A DNA stretch of 64,000 nucleotides from a virus, in IMG/VR virus record IMGVR_UViG_3300005573_000062, positions 32,001-96,000 of that record. One strand, given 5' to 3'. A program made the position numbers and the translations under genes. A model generated the notes under the pieces. The model ran no database searches. It was given only the letters and a program-made list of their open reading frames with translations, and had not been told where the DNA came from. Shown piece after piece: positions 57,778 through 64,000 of this stretch (position 1 is the stretch's first letter; the number at the start of each line of letters is the position of its first letter).

Positions 57778-59467
57778 ACTTTTCAACAATTTTAGAAGTG
57801 CTTTAATAGAAGATCTTCGAGATTCTTATAATAATTCTGAAGCTAATTTTGATAAATCTGAAGAAGCTCTTAAAGAGTTACAAGCATTAACTATTTCATC
57901 TAGGCGTCCTAAACTTTACGATGAAGTTATAGATGCATTAGTTGAGTCTATTAAGGGTGAATTCAATGAATTGAAGGGAGACGTTATAAAATATTTAGGT
58001 AGAGAGAACAGAAATAAAGAAGGTTATGTAAACGGAATAAATTCTTCGTTAGATAAGATGTATAACGTATTTAAAGACTTTATTAAAGGAGCAGAACCCG
58101 GACGTATTTTATTAGACTATTTTTCTCTTATAGATCCTATCGAAAGAAAAGATGAGTCTTCTTTGGCTGAGTTTTGTAATTTTGTATATAAAGTAGACAA
58201 CGAACTAGCAGAAATAGAAAAGAGTATTCTTGAATTTTCGAAAGAAACAGTAGATGTGGATTTTCTTAATTTAATAGGAAAAAAAATAGAAGGAGTTGAA
58301 TTAGATATTGAGAATGAAATAAAATATTCTCATATTCCTAATTTTTCTATTATGTTAGAAGAACGTAGAAGAGGAGGTTTTAATCCTACGGAGTATCTGA
58401 TAAATGCTTTATCGATAGTTAGGAGAATTGTAGGTACTTTCTTTTCGACTAATCTAATAGATAGTTTGGAAACGTCTGAGGATGTTGAGAAATTTTTAAA
58501 TCTTTTTTTAAATGATCTTTTAAAAATTCAAAAAATTTTTAATGAATTAACTAAGTATTGTAAACCTATAGATTTAACAGCTGATAATAAAATTAATATG
58601 ATAAAAAAATCTTTACACAATTTAAGCGAGTATTTTAAAACTAAAGAACATTTTAAAGGAAATTCTTCGATAGATGAACTTAAAAAGTCTTTAGAAAAAA
58701 TAAATAATTATTTGACATTTGATAAAAAATCAGAATTAACAACAGATCCTTTTATAGAAGCACGCAACGCTTTGGAAGACGTCATTTCTAAACTTAAATA
58801 TTCCGATGACTTCATTGACAAAAGTCTATTTTCGACTTTATCTATACTAAACGATTTAGTTAAAGAAAAGTCTAGTAAAACTTCTCAGAATTTGGATTCA
58901 CCCCAACACCAGATTCCAGCAGTATATCGTACGCCAGATCAAGATTTCACTAAGAATACAAAAGATTTTGGAGAGATTCAAAACTATACTGCAACGTATC
59001 CAGAGAAGATAAGTAAATTAAAATCTAATTTGAGTTGTACTAAATTAGGAAACAATACTTTTTATTATAAAGATACTGGAAATAATAGGAAATTAGTTAG
59101 ACTACTAGCTGATACTTCTTTTGAAAAGCCGACAAATATATATCTAGTTAATAAAGATGATGAAATTGAAGAGACAAATATACTAATAGAGAAGCCTGAA
59201 GAAAATGAATATATAGTTAACGTTGATAAGATTGATGAATACTTAGATAATCCATATTGTTTAAATGTTGTACTTAAACCGATTAGAATTATAAACGCTA
59301 AGCAATTATATTTTAATGATGTAAATGTTCAGGAATATAATAAGAGAAAAGTACTTTCTAATCATGGAGAAGTTATTAGTGAATCTCCGGATGGTTATTA
59401 TGTAAGAACGCCTGAAGCAGATTATAATATTTATGTTCACAAAGTGGATGTAATCAAAGAGGAATGA
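57761..59467 (+). CDS. large helical hypothetical protein
   Basis: 568 aa ORF, translationally coupled. Confidence 0.7.
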   Translation: MEKLIKLFNNFRSALIEDLRDSYNNSEANFDKSEEALKELQALTISSRRPKLYDEVIDALVESIKGEFNELKGDVIKYLGRENRNKEGYVNGINSSLDKMYNVFKDFIKGAEPGRILLDYFSLIDPIERKDESSLAEFCNFVYKVDNELAEIEKSILEFSKETVDVDFLNLIGKKIEGVELDIENEIKYSHIPNFSIMLEERRRGGFNPTEYLINALSIVRRIVGTFFSTNLIDSLETSEDVEKFLNLFLNDLLKIQKIFNELTKYCKPIDLTADNKINMIKKSLHNLSEYFKTKEHFKGNSSIDELKKSLEKINNYLTFDKKSELTTDPFIEARNALEDVISKLKYSDDFIDKSLFSTLSILNDLVKEKSSKTSQNLDSPQHQIPAVYRTPDQDFTKNTKDFGEIQNYTATYPEKISKLKSNLSCTKLGNNTFYYKDTGNNRKLVRLLADTSFEKPTNIYLVNKDDEIEETNILIEKPEENEYIVNVDKIDEYLDNPYCLNVVLKPIRIINAKQLYFNDVNVQEYNKRKVLSNHGEVISESPDGYYVRTPEADYNIYVHKVDVIKEE

Positions 59468-61485
59468 TAGGAGAGATTATGTATAAATTAAATGATTTTT
59501 TAAATTCTTTATCAATTGAAAAAGTATCTAAATATTTCAATGTTAATTACTCTAATGGAAAAATAGAGAAAATAGGTATTGGTAGAAGGGATGGGGAAGC
59601 CTGGGTAGTACAAGAATTTGATGTATATGAATTTGAATTAGACCCAAAAGTTAAAAAAATTTTGGAAGATGAAAAAATAGATGTCGATGAAAAACTTAAA
59701 AAGATAAAGAATAGAATAATTGAATTATATGATGATAAAAAAGAGATGGATATAAAGGAAGTTGATTGGGATAAACCTAAATGGGACGAAAAGGAAATAT
59801 CTGAATGGGTTGATGAGCAACTTGAAGAATTAAAAGAAGGAAAAGAAATACAGGGAGATATTGAACTTAAAGAATTATTTGCTAAACCAAAAATATCTAT
59901 TAAATCTTTTCTTGATCCTAAGAAAATAGAAGATCTAAAAAAAGAGATAAAAGAATTTAATGATTATCATATTTTAAAAACAATTAATAATTTTTCAGAA
60001 GAGGATAAATCTGAGTTAAGAAATTCTTTTACAGATGATGAAAAGAAAAAAGCTATTGAAAATGCTTTGAATAATGGTAGTATATATGAAGCTTCTGATT
60101 TAGCTGATTTTTTTGGAATGGATCAAAAAGAAGCAGGAGATATAATATCAGATGCTTTAGTTTCTAATTTTGATTGGTATAATGAAGAACCTATATATAT
60201 TGTATGGATGTATAATAGAAATCCATATATCTTTAGAGGTATACTTAAAAAAATTCCTATTGATAAAAAAGACTTAGAAGAAATTTTATACAATGGTTAT
60301 GAACAAGCTATTCATGATAATAATTTTGTATCTGATGCTGAAAAATTAGCTAAAGAAATGGGATTACTTGATATCTTTAAAAAGAAATTTATAGAAAAGA
60401 ATTCTAGTCAAAAAATATCTATTAAATCTGAAACACTTTATGTTTCAGAAGATAATACTGAGGTCAAAAAACCAATAGACTTTAATATTACAGACGATGT
60501 TAATTCTCCTGAAGAGATTAAAACAAAAGAAGGGAAGATATATAAGAAAGTTAAAAAAGAAGCTAATTTAGATTCAGATTTAACTATAAAGAGAATAGAA
60601 TTGCAGAGTATTGAAAATTCATCTTCCTATATCGATAAAATTATAAAAGAGTATGATAATAAAAACATAAGAGAAAGAATAAAAATTATTCAAGAAATAG
60701 GAAAGTTGTTAGATACACCTAAAAGAATTCCAGAATTGGAATCAAAGCTTAATAGAATAGAAGAAAAAGCAGAGTATGCAGTAAGAGTAGCAAATCAAAG
60801 ATTTCCTGAATGGGAAAAAGAATTTAAAGAAAATAACCTTGTATTCTCTTTGCCTTATTCTGAATACTTTGGATTGAAAGATGAATGGATAAATGAAAGA
60901 TTACAAAATTATATTAATAACAAAAATATCGAAGGTATATTACATCTTATATCTGTATTTAGATTGAATATAGATATTGATGAATTTAATGACTTAATAC
61001 AAAAAAATATAGAAAATCCAGCTACTGCTTATTTTTATGCTAAATTGTTAATAACACAGAAAAATAAAGATATTAAAGATATTTCTGATAATGTAATAAA
61101 AGCAATAGCACAAGATTTAGGAGCTGCGTATTCTTTTGCTACATTTATAATAGAATCGTTAAAAAGGTCAGTTGAAGAAATTCCGCAAGATTTAATAAAA
61201 GCAATAGCACAGGATTCGAAATTCGCTTATTCGTTTTCAGTTGTTTTAATTGAAAATCCAAATATATCAATTAAAGATATTCCAGAAGATATAGTAAAGG
61301 TAGTAGCTCAGGATCCAGAATCTTCTTATAAATTTGCAGTGTTTTCAAAATATAATAAGAAAGACGTTCCAGAAATTATTATCAAAACCGTGTTGAATTC
61401 AGAATATAAAGATAAATATTTGAATTTTTTAAAGCAACACAATCTACCTTTACCTGAAATGAGTGAAAAAAAAGATGGAAAATAA
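59464..61485 (+). CDS. large acidic modular protein with C-terminal ~33-aa helical repeats
   Basis: Repeats of (D/E)IP.D.IKAIAQD...AY.F; two KISIKS linkers. Confidence 0.7.
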   Translation: MIGEIMYKLNDFLNSLSIEKVSKYFNVNYSNGKIEKIGIGRRDGEAWVVQEFDVYEFELDPKVKKILEDEKIDVDEKLKKIKNRIIELYDDKKEMDIKEVDWDKPKWDEKEISEWVDEQLEELKEGKEIQGDIELKELFAKPKISIKSFLDPKKIEDLKKEIKEFNDYHILKTINNFSEEDKSELRNSFTDDEKKKAIENALNNGSIYEASDLADFFGMDQKEAGDIISDALVSNFDWYNEEPIYIVWMYNRNPYIFRGILKKIPIDKKDLEEILYNGYEQAIHDNNFVSDAEKLAKEMGLLDIFKKKFIEKNSSQKISIKSETLYVSEDNTEVKKPIDFNITDDVNSPEEIKTKEGKIYKKVKKEANLDSDLTIKRIELQSIENSSSYIDKIIKEYDNKNIRERIKIIQEIGKLLDTPKRIPELESKLNRIEEKAEYAVRVANQRFPEWEKEFKENNLVFSLPYSEYFGLKDEWINERLQNYINNKNIEGILHLISVFRLNIDIDEFNDLIQKNIENPATAYFYAKLLITQKNKDIKDISDNVIKAIAQDLGAAYSFATFIIESLKRSVEEIPQDLIKAIAQDSKFAYSFSVVLIENPNISIKDIPEDIVKVVAQDPESSYKFAVFSKYNKKDVPEIIIKTVLNSEYKDKYLNFLKQHNLPLPEMSEKKDGK

Positions 61486-62365
61486 TATTGTTTTTATCGA
61501 TACTTCTGATTCACTTAAAACGATTATTCTTAATTTTTTAAATGATAAATCTGTCCTTGAGCTTTTTGAGAAATATGAAGTTGATCATAGTATAATTAGT
61601 CATTTAATTGTTGTTGAAAAAGCAAAGAATAATCTATATGCAGAAACAGACTTTAAAAGAGGAATAATTTATTTTAATCCTAAGTTCGTTGTAAATGCAA
61701 CGGCTTCTTTAATTGAAGAAGTTTTCTTTCATGAGTTAGTCCATTATATAAGATATATTACTGGAAATTCAGAGATAAAAGACAATGATAGTCGGTTCGG
61801 CAAAGAAGAGTTAGAAGTACTGAAAGAGGATGTTAATAGACTTAGAAATAATGGATATGATAACGATGCAATAATAAAATATCTTAAGGAAAGATACAAC
61901 TTCGCTATTCCTGATGAGGTTATACAGGAAATAATATCTCCTCCTATAGTTGATTCTGGAACAAACGTTGGGAATCCTCCTCATATATATCCATCTTGTT
62001 TAGAAGATTTTACGGTTATTTCAATGCCTTTAGGACTTTTTGCATATTATCAGAAAGAAGGAGTTAGTGATGAAGCAATTCGCTATTTTGAAAAATTTAT
62101 TAATAGATTACTTGATGCTTTTACTATTCTTGAAGACTCTTGTTTTCCTAACGAAAAGAGTTTAATAAAAGAATGGATAGATGAATTGAGAAATTTTAAA
62201 ATAGACACCGATAATTATACTAATCAGATAAATGATTTATTAGAGAATCTTTTAAAATTTTTAAATGCTTTTAAATCTTTGGATTCTAGACTTGGATATC
62301 TCTCATATCAAATTAAAAATCTAAATTCATCAATTGAAAGATTAACGGGGAAAATCAATGAATAA
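61463..62365 (+). CDS. zincin-like metallopeptidase domain protein
   Basis: A.TD...I..N followed by FFHELVHY (HExxH). Confidence 0.6.
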   Translation: MKKKMENNIVFIDTSDSLKTIILNFLNDKSVLELFEKYEVDHSIISHLIVVEKAKNNLYAETDFKRGIIYFNPKFVVNATASLIEEVFFHELVHYIRYITGNSEIKDNDSRFGKEELEVLKEDVNRLRNNGYDNDAIIKYLKERYNFAIPDEVIQEIISPPIVDSGTNVGNPPHIYPSCLEDFTVISMPLGLFAYYQKEGVSDEAIRYFEKFINRLLDAFTILEDSCFPNEKSLIKEWIDELRNFKIDTDNYTNQINDLLENLLKFLNAFKSLDSRLGYLSYQIKNLNSSIERLTGKINE

Positions 62366-63065
62366 TTTTTTTGTAAAATCTCTTTTTTCTGAACCTCTAG
62401 ACATCAACAGAACAAAAACAAATGACATGCTAGAGAGTCCAGGAGAAGAGGGGGCCCCTCAGGAGTTTACTAGATTTCAGAATCCAGAGTATTCGTTATT
62501 AGTCTCTATTTCGCCCGAAAGATCTTATGGAAGTGAAGGAAAGCCTCCTAAAGGTATCTATTGGCTAAATGAGGTTTTATATAACCTATTAAATGCGAAG
62601 GAGAAACCTGAAGAAGATAAACCGATTGACATTCCTAATTCTATTCCTCCGAGTGATTGGGATAATCCCGGTCATGATCCATATAAGAGATCAATGAATT
62701 ATATCATATATGATAATAAAGTTTATCTGGGTGTGTCCAGTACACTCCAGGCATTAAATAAGATAGCAGAATTAAATCCTGTTTTCTTAGGAGAATTTAA
62801 AATAATTAATTCTAAAACTAAAAGAGAGATCTATGTTGAGTGCTCAAAAATAAATCGGGGTCTTCTCATATCAGCCCGGATAGATCCGTTACTAGAAACA
62901 ACAATGGAAACACGTTGGAATGCTGACGAAACAGACGACCCCGATTCAGCGTATCCTCATAAGTGGTTTACAGTAACCGAGGTTCCTTCTGACCCGATTA
63001 AAGAAATTCTAAAAAGGATGGGATTTGAACATGAAGATAAAAAAGAAATTGAAAAAGAAAAGTAG
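62358..63065 (+). CDS. hypothetical protein
   Basis: 235 aa ORF. Confidence 0.65.
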   Translation: MNNFFVKSLFSEPLDINRTKTNDMLESPGEEGAPQEFTRFQNPEYSLLVSISPERSYGSEGKPPKGIYWLNEVLYNLLNAKEKPEEDKPIDIPNSIPPSDWDNPGHDPYKRSMNYIIYDNKVYLGVSSTLQALNKIAELNPVFLGEFKIINSKTKREIYVECSKINRGLLISARIDPLLETTMETRWNADETDDPDSAYPHKWFTVTEVPSDPIKEILKRMGFEHEDKKEIEKEK

Positions 63066-63080
63066 AATTGTAGTTGATAT

Positions 63081-63302
63081 TTGGGGGTGCTGGTACCTAA
63101 TGAAATGAAGATGATCGATCTGATAGATTTGTTGTCTAATGAAACAGATTTAGATCTTCCTCATGTCTACGATTTGGCGAAAGAGATTTTTCAAATTTTA
63201 GAAGAACATGAAATCGTTGAATCTAAGAATATTCTAAAAAATAGATTCAACATTCCAGATGAACTTTTAGGTAGAATATTAAATTTAAAGAGAGGTCCAT
63301 AA
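63081..63302 (+). CDS. hypothetical protein (start uncertain)
   Basis: Short ORF ending in the terminator stem. Confidence 0.5.
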   Translation: MGVLVPNEMKMIDLIDLLSNETDLDLPHVYDLAKEIFQILEEHEIVESKNILKNRFNIPDELLGRILNLKRGP

Positions 63303-63368
63303 CCTCCTGATAATTTCGATTATCAGGGTTAAAATTCATCCGTTATGGACCCCCTTTTTTTTTTTTTT
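63294..63368 (+). terminator. intrinsic terminator with nested hairpin between convergent genes
   Basis: Outer stem GGTCCATAAC/GTTATGGACC, inner stem CCTGATAAT-TTCG-ATTATCAGG, then a long T run. Confidence 0.7.
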
Positions 63369-63684
63369 AGTATCCCTTTCTCCATTTTTCTCTTTCTAAT
63401 TCAAATATTTTTTCTTTTAATCTTTCGTTCTCTTTTTTTAATTCTTCACTAGCCACTCTTCTTAATAACATTCCTTCTGGATTACAAGTATTAAAAATTC
63501 TACCGTCCTTTGCGTCTAAAGTAAACCCAGGTCCAGATGAGTTTTCTGGTTTGGCCCAACCTACAGTTGAACCGTTTTTATCTAATACCTTGTATTCTCC
63601 CCATGATTCTTTAATTATATAGCCAAGTAGATTTCCATACTTGTCTCTTACTTGTCTTTCATTTGGATCACTTTCCCATGACAT
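63367..63684 (-). CDS. hypothetical protein
   Basis: AGGAG RBS; two D..G..(L/V)G beta repeats and a C-terminal coiled coil. Confidence 0.7.
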   Translation of the reverse strand: MSWESDPNERQVRDKYGNLLGYIIKESWGEYKVLDKNGSTVGWAKPENSSGPGFTLDAKDGRIFNTCNPEGMLLRRVASEELKKENERLKEKIFELEREKWRKGY

Positions 63685-63694
63685 AATGTCCTCC

Positions 63695-64000
63695 TTATAT
63701 CGGTGGATATAATAATCTTCTTATTTCCATGATATTCATTCGTGATACCCCAGAATTATTTCCGTTCCAAATCAATTCTTCTGATTCTTTTTTTCTTTTT
63801 TCGTCCATAATTGATCCTATTTTTTCATGAGAATAAGAATCTAATGAATTTAGCAAGTTTTCTTTATCTATAAATTTCATACTTATATAGTGTCTTTCAA
63901 GTATCATTGCTAAAAATAAAGCTTCGTCTTTATCATTAATATCTGATACTCTTTTTGGTAGTTCTTTGAATTCTATATATTTTGCTTTATATAAATGATC
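63695..64000 (-). CDS. hypothetical protein, truncated by the window edge
   Basis: The frame of ORF 63695-63907 stays open to position 64000. Confidence 0.6.
   Translation of the reverse strand, partial: DHLYKAKYIEFKELPKRVSDINDKDEALFLAMILERHYISMKFIDKENLLNSLDSYSHEKIGSIMDEKRKKESEELIWNGNNSGVSRMNIMEIRRLLYPPI

Noticed and set aside
63306-63327. Fur box (TGATAAT..ATTATCA) or hammerhead core (CTGATAA..GAAA)
   Set aside because: The spacing is 7-4-7 rather than 7-1-7, the site is at gene 3' ends, the CUGANGA core is not matched, and those bases are paired in a stem.
1-64000. Stop-codon reassignment
   Set aside because: Genes tile densely under code 11, and TAA, TAG and TGA all end genes at sensible boundaries.

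Overview
This window is a 64 kb, AT-rich fragment of a large contractile-tailed (myovirus-type) bacteriophage genome. It uses the standard genetic code and almost all genes are on the + strand. (1) 0.9-28.5 kb is the virion module: neck, tail terminator, sheath, tube, -1 frameshifted tail-assembly chaperones, tape measure, baseplate, a duplicated set of fibre/receptor-binding proteins, holin-like membrane proteins and a subtilisin. (2) 28.5-29.6 kb is a gene-poor, hairpin-rich, origin-like interval. (3) 29.7-47 kb is replication/recombination: HU-like protein, SF2 helicase, initiator, DnaC/DnaB/DnaG, Cas4-like nuclease, SSB, UvsY-like, RecA, NusG paralogue, split Rad50 around Mre11, MT-A70 methylase and PolB. 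(4) 47-53.3 kb is a DNA base-hypermodification operon: dCMP deaminase, MazG, a eukaryote-type UDP-galactopyranose-mutase-like flavoenzyme, a GT-B glycosyltransferase, a dNMP kinase, a family-4 UDG and a cytosine-type thymidylate synthase homologue. Together these predict a furanose-glycosylated pyrimidine in the DNA. (5) 53.5-63.3 kb holds sigma-like genes and large acidic proteins; one sigma-like protein carries an Ig-like insert resembling a tail-sheath domain. Two promoter classes are visible: sigma70-type TTGAA-N17-TATAAT and a repeated TATAAMATWVCTTTT motif (candidate late promoter). All calls come from reading motifs by eye; no database search was run.
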